Positions 18,486 through 27,468 of a stretch of DNA of 64,000 nt are shown one piece after another (within the stretch, counting starts at the first letter, position 1; every line of letters begins with the position of its first letter). This DNA is from Candidatus Saccharimonadota bacterium (GTDB taxonomy: Bacteria > Patescibacteriota > Saccharimonadia > Saccharimonadales > SLHW01): assembly GCA_024635455.1 (NCBI GenBank), contig JAGXIU010000002.1:300309-364308 (forward strand), written 5' to 3'. The notes beneath the pieces are model-generated. The model was not told where the DNA came from. It was given only the letters and a program-made list of their open reading frames with translations, and searched no databases. The position numbers and the translations under genes are program-made.

Positions 18486-18968
18486 ATGCAAAATTCAAAC
18501 GCCCAAAAAGACGTATTTGACACAATTCCCTACTTATTGCAACATATATCTTCTGTACTAGATAGGCAGTTTGCCAATGAGCTCGAAGAGCAGACTGGTA
18601 TAACATTGTCACAGTTACGGGTGGTTGAAGCGCTGATACAGCAGCCCTACTCACTGCAGCGCTCAATCGCTGAATTTCTTGGACAGACCGAGTCAGCAAT
18701 AAGCCGGCAGATTGCGATACTCGAGGAACGAGGCTTCGTTGTGCGCAAGAAAAACCCGAATGACTCACGTCAGCGCATCATTGCCCTACAGCCATCGGCT
18801 AAAAAGATTGCAGTAGTCGCTCAGCAGTTGCGAAAAGTTTGTTATCAGCGTGTACTCCAATCCACACTTAATCAACGTGCTTTAAGCGATCTCAGTGGTC
18901 AACTTAATCTGCTGCACGATAGACTTTGCAGTAGCTCACCGTACGGTTGCACACAACACATTCGTTAA
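18486..18968 (+). CDS. MarR-family transcriptional regulator
   Basis: 160 aa. Winged-helix region ITLSQLRVVEAL...SIAEFLGQTESAISRQIAILEERGFVVRKKNPNDSRQ. Confidence 0.85.
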   Translation: MQNSNAQKDVFDTIPYLLQHISSVLDRQFANELEEQTGITLSQLRVVEALIQQPYSLQRSIAEFLGQTESAISRQIAILEERGFVVRKKNPNDSRQRIIALQPSAKKIAVVAQQLRKVCYQRVLQSTLNQRALSDLSGQLNLLHDRLCSSSPYGCTQHIR

Positions 18969-18974
18969 GGGGCG

Positions 18975-19003
18975 TTGGTTCTTGTGCTTAAAAGTGGTAT
19001 AAT
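18975..19003 (+). promoter_or_regulatory. Promoter of ssrA
   Basis: TTGGTT (18975-18980), a 17-nt spacer, then TGG-TATAAT (18995-19003), about 33 nt upstream of the mature tmRNA 5' end. Confidence 0.5.
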
Positions 19004-19035
19004 AGTGGTGTTGCTCAGAGAGAGCACATCGTCGT

Positions 19036-19431
19036 GGGGCTGAATTTTAAGCTCGACGTTGGACGTTAACGATTAGATCAGCAGGCCGCTTGTCAGCGTC
19101 ATAGGCACCTATATTTTAGATGCAAACGCATTTACTCGCGCAAAGAACGCAGTTGCTAGTGCTTTCGCACTACCTCAGTTTTCTTTCGCAACAGTTCGAG
19201 TCTAAGTACTCGTTCCGTCGCCTTATTGACGCCAGATAGATTCGCGTGACGCCATATTATCTGGATGCCCGCATGTAACTGATCCGTAGCATACGGAAAG
19301 ATTTTCGGATCACCTCTACAACGTTTTTGTTTGTTTTTATCGTAGTAGAGTATATACAAACAAACTAAGCCTGTAGGACAGACTAGTCGAACAACCATCG
19401 GACGCGGGGGCGGTACCCGCCAGCTCCACCA
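19036..19431 (+). ncRNA. ssrA: tmRNA (transfer-messenger RNA)
   Basis: The 5' GGGGCTGAATTTTAAGCTCGACG pairs with the 3' CAGCTCC-A-CCA, giving a G3:U70 acceptor stem. Resume-codon context TTTTAGAT|GCAAAC opens an ORF at 19122-19205, with the TAA stop at 19203. Confidence 0.9.
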
Positions 19432-19438
19432 AATAAAG

Positions 19439-19466
19439 AACCTCATTTATTGATGAGGTTTTTTAT
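19439..19466 (+). terminator. Rho-independent terminator after ssrA
   Basis: aacctcat [ttattg] atgaggtt followed by tttttat. Confidence 0.75.
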
Positions 19467-19517
19467 TTGGAACGACATATAAGGCGGATGCCACTCGGTA
19501 AATTATATGAAGCGCGT

Positions 19518-20510
19518 CTAAGAAATAATCGCTACTGCTAAGAGGAAGTAGATAAGCAGACTGAGAATATCCTGAAGAGCTGTTGCCATTGGGCCACTAC
19601 CGAGGGCTGGATCTTTGCCCATTTTCTTCAGAAGCATCGGTACAGCTGAGGCGAGCGTACAGCCAATTGCATTTGCGGCAAGTAGTGCTAGGCCAACTAC
19701 TGCTGCGACCTCCATAGATTGACTAATTGCGAATGCGCCAATGGCACCAAGCGTTCCAAGTATTACGCCAAGGCTGATACCAACAAGCACCTCCTTTAGG
19801 AGGTAGTGGATGACGTTTATTTTCATGGTTGCTAATGCACGTACGGTGATGATACTTGATTGCGCACCAACCGAACCAGCGATATAAGCAATAACAGGAA
19901 TAAAGAAAGCTAATGCTATTGAAGCCTCCAAAGTTTCTTCAAAAAAGCTGGTGATCAGCCCCAGGCCCATGCTAATAATCAAGCCGATAATCAACCATGG
20001 TGCTCGTGACTTTACGATTAAGCTGGTTCGCTGCGTAGCTAACTTCAGTATGCTCGAGTTCTTGCTGCGTAATCCGGCGGTTAACATAGCGTCTTCAACG
20101 TGCTCTTCGTGCATGATATCGATAATGGTGTGACCGGTGATAGCTCCGTGTAATACACCCTGCTTATCGATAACCGGTATGGCTACAACGTCGTTATGGA
20201 TTGCGATAAATACTGCCTTTTCCTGGTCGACACCGGGGTGCAGGCTTGAGAGTGGTTGCTTCATGACAGCTTCTAACTCGGTGTCCTCAGATATGTCGGC
20301 AGTTTCTGCTATGTCTACGATGCCAAGTAAAACATTTGCATCGTCAACAACGTAAATAACGCGGACGCTATCCCAGTGGTATTTGGTGAGCCCATTCAGT
20401 ACCTGTCGGAATGTGTCATCTTTATGAAAAACCGGCACATTGGTTGACATGCGATTGCCGACAGTTTCTTGAGGGTAGTTTTTTGTAGGAAGTTCTATGT
20501 GGGTTTTCAT
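19518..20510 (-). CDS. mgtE: MgtE-type Mg2+ channel (CBS pair + TM domain, no N-domain)
   Basis: CBS-like region followed by RAPWLIIGL...FFIPVIAYIAGSVGAQSSIITVRALA, typical of the MgtE membrane domain. At 330 aa it is too short to carry the usual N-terminal domain. Confidence 0.82.
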   Translation of the reverse strand: MKTHIELPTKNYPQETVGNRMSTNVPVFHKDDTFRQVLNGLTKYHWDSVRVIYVVDDANVLLGIVDIAETADISEDTELEAVMKQPLSSLHPGVDQEKAVFIAIHNDVVAIPVIDKQGVLHGAITGHTIIDIMHEEHVEDAMLTAGLRSKNSSILKLATQRTSLIVKSRAPWLIIGLIISMGLGLITSFFEETLEASIALAFFIPVIAYIAGSVGAQSSIITVRALATMKINVIHYLLKEVLVGISLGVILGTLGAIGAFAISQSMEVAAVVGLALLAANAIGCTLASAVPMLLKKMGKDPALGSGPMATALQDILSLLIYFLLAVAIIS

Positions 20511-20532
20511 ATGTATAGTGTAATTCAGCTCG

Positions 20533-22593
20533 TTATGGACTCATTATACCTGACTGTGCGTTGGCCGCTTCACGAGCTTTGTATGCATGATGATGCAGCC
20601 GGTGGTGTCGCATCAGCTTAATAGACAGCGCTAACATGCCAGCACCGATAAGAATACCGGCAAAAAACATGATAGGTGATTCGCTTTTATCAAGTCCTTG
20701 GGCGATGTTTTGTTCACTAGCATTGATGTAGCTTTGAGCTAAGCGATGCGCAGGGTACAGCTCAACAACGGTCTCGAACTCAGGTAGTGCATCACGAAAA
20801 CGACTCTGTGAATAATGCTCAAGCCCGTTATTCCACGCTTGCTGCACCGGACTGTTGACGTTCAGTGTGATTGATTGATCGCTCAGAAGGTCTCGTACGT
20901 CGGCAATGTCTCGCACGTAGCTCTTGGCAGCATTTTGGGTCGTGTCATCCTTGAAACGATAGGTGAGCAGCCCAAGTGCTTTTCCCTCTGCGTTTACCGC
21001 TGGGCCGCCGCTATTGCCTTGCGAGGCGTCAGTGTCTGTCTGTAGGAGTTGTCCTTCGCCTCCAGCAGCAGTCCGTACTGAGCTGATAGTGCCGTTCGTA
21101 ATACTGACGGCCATTTCGCTGGTGTCTACTAACTGGTTTTCAGCGTCATTTGGAAAGCCAAGCAGGGAAATTTGTTGCCCTGGTGCAATATCAGCTGGTG
21201 CACCGAGTTGTATAAATGGCGCGTTATCTAAGGACACCTTCAGCAGGGCAACGTCGCTGCTCGTGAAACCCTCTTCGCTACCACTAGCAAGGTTTAGCTG
21301 ATCTTTGCCTGAATAGCTATAGTCAATGAGCTCGGCTTTTTTGATATCACGAGTGTTACGGAATGAGAATAAATCTAGTATGTCTGCCTCGTTCTCTGGC
21401 TGGAGTGGTTGGTCACCGAGCGCTACTAGTATTACTTCTTGCTTGTTGCGGAAGGTTACTGCGTCATCTGGTAGTTCATATATTTTGGCGACGATTGCAG
21501 CTAGTTCTTCTGGCTGTGAACGCAAGCGACTAATCTGAGTTGAATCTAACCCAACCACGCTCGTGAGAAACGAAGACAGTTCGAGTGGATTAGCCAGGAG
21601 CGTATTTACTAATACGTCAGCTGGTTCATAGACAACTACGTGTCCGTTGGTGGCGATATAGCCATCATTAGATATCAAGAAGCCAGACCCAGTTACCGCC
21701 CGACACTGCTGCTCGCTAGCTGATTCGAATTCAAAGGATATACTGGCGCAAACAATGTGATAAATCTTTGTTACAGCAGGTGATACAAGGTCAGACAGGT
21801 ACTGGTTGTTTGACTCGCTTCGCGATACCCAATTGCCAGATAGTTGACGTACAAATTGTAAGCCAAGCGTCTCGCCAAAGCTAAATTCATTGAGCACTTG
21901 TGCATATATAGCAGGAATAGCTGGGTCGCCAATCAGGCCTTGCAGCGATATCGTGTAGGTAAGATTGTTAATGTTCGCTACCCATATGACTCGATACACC
22001 TCAGCGGAAGACGTAATTTCACTTTGGTAGCGGTAGCTAAATTTACGGAACTCATTACCAGCTAGTGTCTCTGTCGTCTCTGCAACCAGTTTGTACGAGC
22101 CAGATTCTGTGGTGTCTAAAATGTTTTGTGCGATTAGCTCAGGGTTTGATTGGTCTGTCTCGGTATAACGTATCTCGAGGCTACTAGCGCGTACGTCAGG
22201 TTCGCTGTTGCCCGGTTTAGGTTCAATGTTGATAAACTGTAACGCGGTTTGTTCGTTCGCATCTTGTTGGTTGGAGATTTCGCGAGGCTCTACATCATCG
22301 AGGCTATCGCGTACTGTTACTGCGAATGTAGCTAAGTCTACTGGCAAAGTGTGGCCAGCATTTGAGCGAAGCTTAACCTGTGAGCCCACTTGTCGCTGTT
22401 CTTGTCTGGTTGTATCTTCTCGCTGTGTTGGTGGTGCTGTTTGTCTCGTAAGGTAGAAAACAGCCAAAAATACCAAGGAAGTAAGGATCAGTAGTATTGC
22501 GAGGCCGGCAAGCGTAACATGATGTGCGCGGTAAGGCTTTTTGTGATGTGAGCGCAAGTGCGCGTGTGGTATTGGTTTGTGTATTTTGGTCAT
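20533..22593 (-). CDS. Membrane-anchored trypsin-like (S1/HtrA-type) serine protease
   Basis: Catalytic-triad contexts TNGHVV, DVALLKV and GNSGGPAV. One N-terminal and one C-terminal TM helix. Confidence 0.82.
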   Translation of the reverse strand: MTKIHKPIPHAHLRSHHKKPYRAHHVTLAGLAILLILTSLVFLAVFYLTRQTAPPTQREDTTRQEQRQVGSQVKLRSNAGHTLPVDLATFAVTVRDSLDDVEPREISNQQDANEQTALQFINIEPKPGNSEPDVRASSLEIRYTETDQSNPELIAQNILDTTESGSYKLVAETTETLAGNEFRKFSYRYQSEITSSAEVYRVIWVANINNLTYTISLQGLIGDPAIPAIYAQVLNEFSFGETLGLQFVRQLSGNWVSRSESNNQYLSDLVSPAVTKIYHIVCASISFEFESASEQQCRAVTGSGFLISNDGYIATNGHVVVYEPADVLVNTLLANPLELSSFLTSVVGLDSTQISRLRSQPEELAAIVAKIYELPDDAVTFRNKQEVILVALGDQPLQPENEADILDLFSFRNTRDIKKAELIDYSYSGKDQLNLASGSEEGFTSSDVALLKVSLDNAPFIQLGAPADIAPGQQISLLGFPNDAENQLVDTSEMAVSITNGTISSVRTAAGGEGQLLQTDTDASQGNSGGPAVNAEGKALGLLTYRFKDDTTQNAAKSYVRDIADVRDLLSDQSITLNVNSPVQQAWNNGLEHYSQSRFRDALPEFETVVELYPAHRLAQSYINASEQNIAQGLDKSESPIMFFAGILIGAGMLALSIKLMRHHRLHHHAYKAREAANAQSGIMSP

Positions 22594-22680
22594 ATCGCTT
22601 AACGAACTTATGATTCATGATATGCTACAAATAGCCATATACGCAAACCCAAGCAGGTTTGTATACCTAATATAAACACG

Positions 22681-22686
22681 TATAGT
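22681..22686 (+). promoter_or_regulatory. -10 box TATAGT 5 nt upstream of trehalase ATG (leaderless-type)
   Basis: TATAGT at 22681-22686 with the ATG at 22692 and no Shine-Dalgarno sequence. Confidence 0.35.
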
Positions 22687-22691
22687 GCACT

Positions 22692-23951
22692 ATGATTGAC
22701 AAAACAAAACACTTATTTACCAGCATCAGAAAGCCGAGCATTATGCTCACCGCTAAGGATGTCTCAGAGGCTCGTATATTTATCGCAAACCGTTGGCAGA
22801 AGTTTGAGCGACATAATACAAAAGACGTCGATGCGCTTATTGGGCTGCCAAACCCCTATATCGTGCCTGCGTACACTGAGGGGAATGAGTTTGACTTTAA
22901 CGAGTTGTATTACTGGGATAGCTACTTTATGGTTCAGGCGCTCCTCGACGAGGAACACAAAGATCTGGTTTGTGGTATTTTAGAAAACCTGGTTTATCTA
23001 TTTGATACATATGGAGTGATACCTAACGCCTCGCGCACCTATCTAATGGGACGCAGTCAGCCGCCGTTACTGACTTCATTTATATGGGATGTATATGACA
23101 CCTATAGGTTGGACGAATCCTGGTTAAAGCGGATGATGAAGGCCGCCGAGGCAGAATACAAAACCGTCTGGATGGGCACCGCGAAGCCTCACTTTCGTCA
23201 GGTACACCAGGGGTTGTCACGCTACTATGATATAAATATGCTGAACGACTTAGCTGAGGCCGAAAGTGGCTGGGACATGACGCCGCGCTTTAAGCGCCGA
23301 GCGCTGGATTATCTACCGGTAGATCTCAATAGCTTGCTATATAAGTACGAGACAGATCTCGCTCGTTTTTACCGAACTATTGGCGATAAGCGCACCGCTG
23401 GTACTTGGGACACCGCTGCACGACACCGCGCTGAGGTTATGAACGACCTAATGTGGAATAACTCCAAGAACTTGTACTACGACTATGACTATAAGAAGGG
23501 CAAGCAAAGCACCGTGTCTTCGTTAGCAGGCTTTTTCCCACTCTGGGCTGGCATGGTTGATGATGATCGAGCAAAAAAACTGGAGAAATCACTACGTAAA
23601 TTTACGCAAAAGGGCGGTTTATCGGCTACCGATACTTACACACTGAACCAGCGAGTTGGTAATGGTGATGTGCCTTTGCAGTGGGCATATCCCAACGGCT
23701 GGGCGCCACTACACTTTATTGTGCTAAAAGGTCTCCGTCGCTACGGATATGAGAAAGAAGCCAAGCGTATTGCGCAGAAGTGGCTCAAAACGAATCTTGA
23801 CTGGTATAACCAAAACGGTGTGTTCTTAGAGAAATACAATGTCGTACAGCCGACACAACCTCCGGTACGAGGCTTGTATCCGACGCAGGTGGGGTTTGGT
23901 TGGACGAACTCAATCTTTGAATGGGTATGCCAAGAATTCATCGATAGCTGA
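22692..23951 (+). CDS. Trehalase (glycoside hydrolase family 37), no signal peptide
   Basis: GH37 signatures ELYYWDSYFM, RSQPPLL, ESGWDMTPRF and LQWAYPNGWAPLH. Confidence 0.88.
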   Translation: MIDKTKHLFTSIRKPSIMLTAKDVSEARIFIANRWQKFERHNTKDVDALIGLPNPYIVPAYTEGNEFDFNELYYWDSYFMVQALLDEEHKDLVCGILENLVYLFDTYGVIPNASRTYLMGRSQPPLLTSFIWDVYDTYRLDESWLKRMMKAAEAEYKTVWMGTAKPHFRQVHQGLSRYYDINMLNDLAEAESGWDMTPRFKRRALDYLPVDLNSLLYKYETDLARFYRTIGDKRTAGTWDTAARHRAEVMNDLMWNNSKNLYYDYDYKKGKQSTVSSLAGFFPLWAGMVDDDRAKKLEKSLRKFTQKGGLSATDTYTLNQRVGNGDVPLQWAYPNGWAPLHFIVLKGLRRYGYEKEAKRIAQKWLKTNLDWYNQNGVFLEKYNVVQPTQPPVRGLYPTQVGFGWTNSIFEWVCQEFIDS

Positions 23952-24282
23952 TCTGACGTTTTGGTCTGTCAGCCGGCAGAGCCGACTGCACTACCAAAAC
24001 TCTCTGCACTATGCTTCGTTGCTGTCTCCGTCACTCCTTCAGCGTATTGCTTATACGCCTCAGTGCGTTACTCGACAGAGCCTCGCCTAGTACTAGAGCA
24101 GACAGCTATCGCACGCAGTCGATTTATATCTTATACGCCCCCTCTACACACTTAAGAAGAAATCCCAGAGTTGTAGTGTGGAGCAACCAGCTAGCGATTA
24201 TTTAGCCTCTAGAGTACACAAATTAATTCCCCATAAGGATGTTTCAATTACTTTTGTTCATTTATATGCCATCTTGAAAAGA

Positions 24283-25278
24283 TTAAGCATTGGTAAGCTC
24301 TAATGGCTCGAGAATCTTATTTGATTTTGCTCTGTTGCATTTCCAGCATAACGCTTGCAGGTTACTCTCTATCGTTATTCCCCCCTTTGAGATGGGCATC
24401 ATATGATCAACTTCGAGTAAAAGGTGACTTTGACTTTCTTTGGATACTCCGCATGCTTTGCAAGTGTATTCGTCTCTATTTAAGATGAATTCTCTCAGGC
24501 TCGATGTCATAAGTTGACGTTGATATTTCGCCGATTTTCTATATTTAATTAAAGAACTTAAATACTCTGCAAAGTCTTGTAGTCTATTATCATCCAGGAC
24601 AATCTTGTTACTGTAGTGTTTTCTATTTGTTGGCGAGTTATATTCGAACGAATACCACAAGTAGTAGTCCCTCACGAATTTCGGTGGCTTTCGTGAGCCT
24701 AATTTTTTCATAGTCAAGCTCTTGAAAACATATGCTCCGCTATACATAGTCTCACGTATGTCTTGCATCAGCTCTTTGTACTCATCTATTAGGATTTTGT
24801 ACGTTTTCTCAAGAGTATCGTATTTTTGTAATATCCCTTCAATCGTTTGCACGGACTCTTCACCTATCTTTGTGTCTTTAAAAAAATATTTAACTATGTA
24901 TTTATATATATCTAGTCTTGAATTCTTATACACAGTAAGTGTACTATGCCTCACATTTCCCTGGGTCAGAAATGACTGTTGTTCACTAATGTAAACTTTT
25001 GTCTCCGCCATAAATTCATCAAACTCATTGTATTCATAAACCTTATCTGACAACTGCTTTTTCAATAACAAAAACTCTTCAGTTTTGTAGTACTTTAGAG
25101 TCTTAATTAGATAGTCAAGGTAGTATATTCCTACAAAAGGCGCCGCAGCCAATGCTATAAGGGTAATTATAACGATAAAAAACCCACCCGTTAAAACAGT
25201 TAGAACAACTAATGAAATTATTGTTATTGTTTTATTTTTTTCTAACTGATCTATCGTATTGGTTAAAAAATCATGCAT
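24283..25278 (-). CDS. Membrane-tethered HNH endonuclease
   Basis: About 40 aa of N-terminal hydrophobic hairpin (ITIISLVVLTVLTGGFFIVIITLIALAAAPFVGIYYL). C-terminal HNH motif CKACG...EVDHMMPISKGGITIESNLQALCWKCNRAKSNK. The gene is visibly AT-rich relative to its neighbours. Confidence 0.85.
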   Translation of the reverse strand: MHDFLTNTIDQLEKNKTITIISLVVLTVLTGGFFIVIITLIALAAAPFVGIYYLDYLIKTLKYYKTEEFLLLKKQLSDKVYEYNEFDEFMAETKVYISEQQSFLTQGNVRHSTLTVYKNSRLDIYKYIVKYFFKDTKIGEESVQTIEGILQKYDTLEKTYKILIDEYKELMQDIRETMYSGAYVFKSLTMKKLGSRKPPKFVRDYYLWYSFEYNSPTNRKHYSNKIVLDDNRLQDFAEYLSSLIKYRKSAKYQRQLMTSSLREFILNRDEYTCKACGVSKESQSHLLLEVDHMMPISKGGITIESNLQALCWKCNRAKSNKILEPLELTNA

Positions 25279-25515
25279 ATCAAAGAGTTCGTTATTTTAC
25301 ATTGTACACCACAGAGGTAGCAGTTGCATTAATACCTTCCCGTATACTTCATTCAATAATCTGTCTTCTGATTTTTTGATTTTCTGCTCTGGGCGACTGC
25401 TTGGTTCACGGATTACCCATCGCGTTACCCACTTGCATACAAGGTTACGGAAAGTCAGCTTTTACGCAATGACAGATTAATCAATGACGTTACGCGTGAA
25501 GCACAACTGGAGTCC

Positions 25516-25728
25516 ATGACTAGGTATCTACAAGAATTCTTGATGCTCAAGTCCGCGTGGGGTTGCCATAGTTTTAAGCCGATTAATGATGATCTTCAGG
25601 ATGATAAAATCGCTTTTGCACACTTTCGGGTAAACGTCCTTGATTATTGTATAAATCAATATTTACATGATGAAACAATTGATTATCGAATGATGGCGTC
25701 AATCCCCGGCGGTGAAATAGATACTTGA
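25516..25728 (+). CDS. Hypothetical 70-aa ORF (weak)
   Basis: ORF only, with no motif or clear ribosome-binding site. It lies in the AT-rich islet, divergent from the HNH gene. Confidence 0.3.
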   Translation: MTRYLQEFLMLKSAWGCHSFKPINDDLQDDKIAFAHFRVNVLDYCINQYLHDETIDYRMMASIPGGEIDT

Positions 25729-25740
25729 CGTGTTAAGTAT
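25721..25740. promoter_or_regulatory. Second copy of ATACTTGACGTGTTAAGTAT site
   Basis: 20 of 20 nt identical to 18443-18462. The flanks also agree, giving 25 of 27 identical over the extended alignment. It sits just upstream of the small ORF 25743/25779-25961. Confidence 0.45.
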
Positions 25741-25778
25741 TTTTGGGTCGTGAGGGCTGGTGGTCGTTTGGTGGTAAG

Positions 25779-25961
25779 ATGATACGCATGAGCGAAAATG
25801 CTGACATATTGCCATGTGCCGATAAGCTCGCTTTTGATACGCGAGACCAAGCGAGCGCTAGTGCGTTAACTGTAGATTGGCAGCATGGCGCAAAGGTGGT
25901 TCCGTATAATTGCACACATTGTGGGCTGTGGCACTTATCTTCGAGGATTGCGTCTGACTAG
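25779..25961 (+). CDS. Small Cys-rich (putative zinc-ribbon) protein
   Basis: ORF track 25743-25961 (TTG), with in-frame ATGs at 25779 and 25788. Contains PC...NCTHCGLWH (C, CxxC, H). TGG-TAAGAT (25773-25780) could serve as an extended -10 box just before ATG 25788. Confidence 0.5.
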   Translation: MIRMSENADILPCADKLAFDTRDQASASALTVDWQHGAKVVPYNCTHCGLWHLSSRIASD

Positions 25962-26004
25962 CGCTGCTATACCTGTTATAATTATCATCTGAAGGAACAT
26001 CATA

Positions 26005-27459
26005 ATGCCGAAGACATATTACGTTACTACATCAATTCCATATGCTAATGCGAATCCGCACATTGGCTTTGCTATGGAGCTGATTCAGGCAGATGTATTG
26101 GCGCGCTATGCCCGTCAGCAAGGGCATGAGGTTATTTTCTCCACTGGTACAGATGAACATGGGTCAAAGATATATGAAAAAGCTCAGGAGAATGGCGTTG
26201 ATCCAAGAGACTTAACGAACGAAATGAGCCAGACTTTTCGTTCTCTGAGTGACATGATTGACATCAGTAACAACCGTTTTATCCGTACTACTGATGAAAA
26301 GCACGAGACTGGCGCACAGAAAATCTGGGAAAAACTCAAAAAAGACATTTACAAGTCTACTTATGAGGGCTTGTATTGTGTCGGTTGTGAAGAGTTTGTA
26401 ACCGCTACTACCGCAAAAGAAAACAATAATATTTGCCCACACCACCAAAAGCCATACCAGTCCCTCAAGGAAGAGAACTATTTCTTCAAGCTCAGTGCAT
26501 ACGCTGAAAAGATTCAAAAAGCGATCGAGGATAATAGCTTCGAGCTGTTACCAGCCTCTCGGCGCAATGAAATATTGCGCATGATAGAGGGCGGACTTGA
26601 GGATATTAGCGTGTCACGACCGAGCAATAAGCTGCCTTGGGGCGTACCAGTGCCGGGTGACGAATCACAGGTCATGTATGTTTGGTTTGAGGCGTTGATG
26701 AATTATATTACTGTGCTTGACTTCCCTGATGGTGCCGATTTTTCTAATTATTGGCCAGCAGACGTGCAGGTAATTGGGAAGGACATTATTCGCTTTCACA
26801 CCACTATATGGCCAGCTATGTTGTTGGCGATTGGCGCAGATTTACCAAAGAAGCTCTACATACACGGTTTTATCAGTATAAAAAACCAAAAGATAAGTAA
26901 GAGTATCGGTAACGTGGTACACCCACAAGAAGTTATCGACATTTTTGGTGTTGATCCGTTGCGCTATTATTTACTGCGCCACATACCATCAAGTAGTGAT
27001 GGTGATTTTACTTGGCAAGCACTCCACAACGCATACACGAACGAGCTAGCGAATGACCTTGGAAATGCTGTCCAGCGTACTGCCGTCATGGTTAATAAAT
27101 ATTTGGACGGTTCAGCCGATAACGATTCACCAACTACGCACGATACAAGCGCCTATCACGAAGCGTTAGAGAGATGTCAGTTTGACAGAGCACTCGAAGA
27201 AGTTTGGAAGCAGGCTCGTGGCCTAAACCAGTACATAGATGAGCAGCAGCCTTGGCAGGTTGCTAAGCAAGATGATCGAGAACATCTCGAGCAAATTCTG
27301 CAGCACCAAGTTGCGAGCATGTTACAAATTGCAGAATTACTAGAACCGCTCTTACCGCACACCGCAAAGCGTATACAGGAAATCTTTACCGCAGATGTTA
27401 TTCGGCCACCAGAGACGACATTATTCCCTCGTGTAGAGACAGATATTTTACCGAGTTAG
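26005..27459 (+). CDS. metG: Methionyl-tRNA synthetase
   Basis: HIGH-type PYANANPHIGF, KMSKS-type KISKSIGN and the zinc knuckle CVGCEEF...CPHH. Confidence 0.95.
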   Translation: MPKTYYVTTSIPYANANPHIGFAMELIQADVLARYARQQGHEVIFSTGTDEHGSKIYEKAQENGVDPRDLTNEMSQTFRSLSDMIDISNNRFIRTTDEKHETGAQKIWEKLKKDIYKSTYEGLYCVGCEEFVTATTAKENNNICPHHQKPYQSLKEENYFFKLSAYAEKIQKAIEDNSFELLPASRRNEILRMIEGGLEDISVSRPSNKLPWGVPVPGDESQVMYVWFEALMNYITVLDFPDGADFSNYWPADVQVIGKDIIRFHTTIWPAMLLAIGADLPKKLYIHGFISIKNQKISKSIGNVVHPQEVIDIFGVDPLRYYLLRHIPSSSDGDFTWQALHNAYTNELANDLGNAVQRTAVMVNKYLDGSADNDSPTTHDTSAYHEALERCQFDRALEEVWKQARGLNQYIDEQQPWQVAKQDDREHLEQILQHQVASMLQIAELLEPLLPHTAKRIQEIFTADVIRPPETTLFPRVETDILPS

Positions 27460-27468
27460 GTTTGCTTC

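Noticed and set aside
19156-19446. 96-aa minus-strand ORF
   Set aside because: It lies entirely antisense within the tmRNA gene and its terminator, and has no ribosome-binding site. The tmRNA assignment explains the region.
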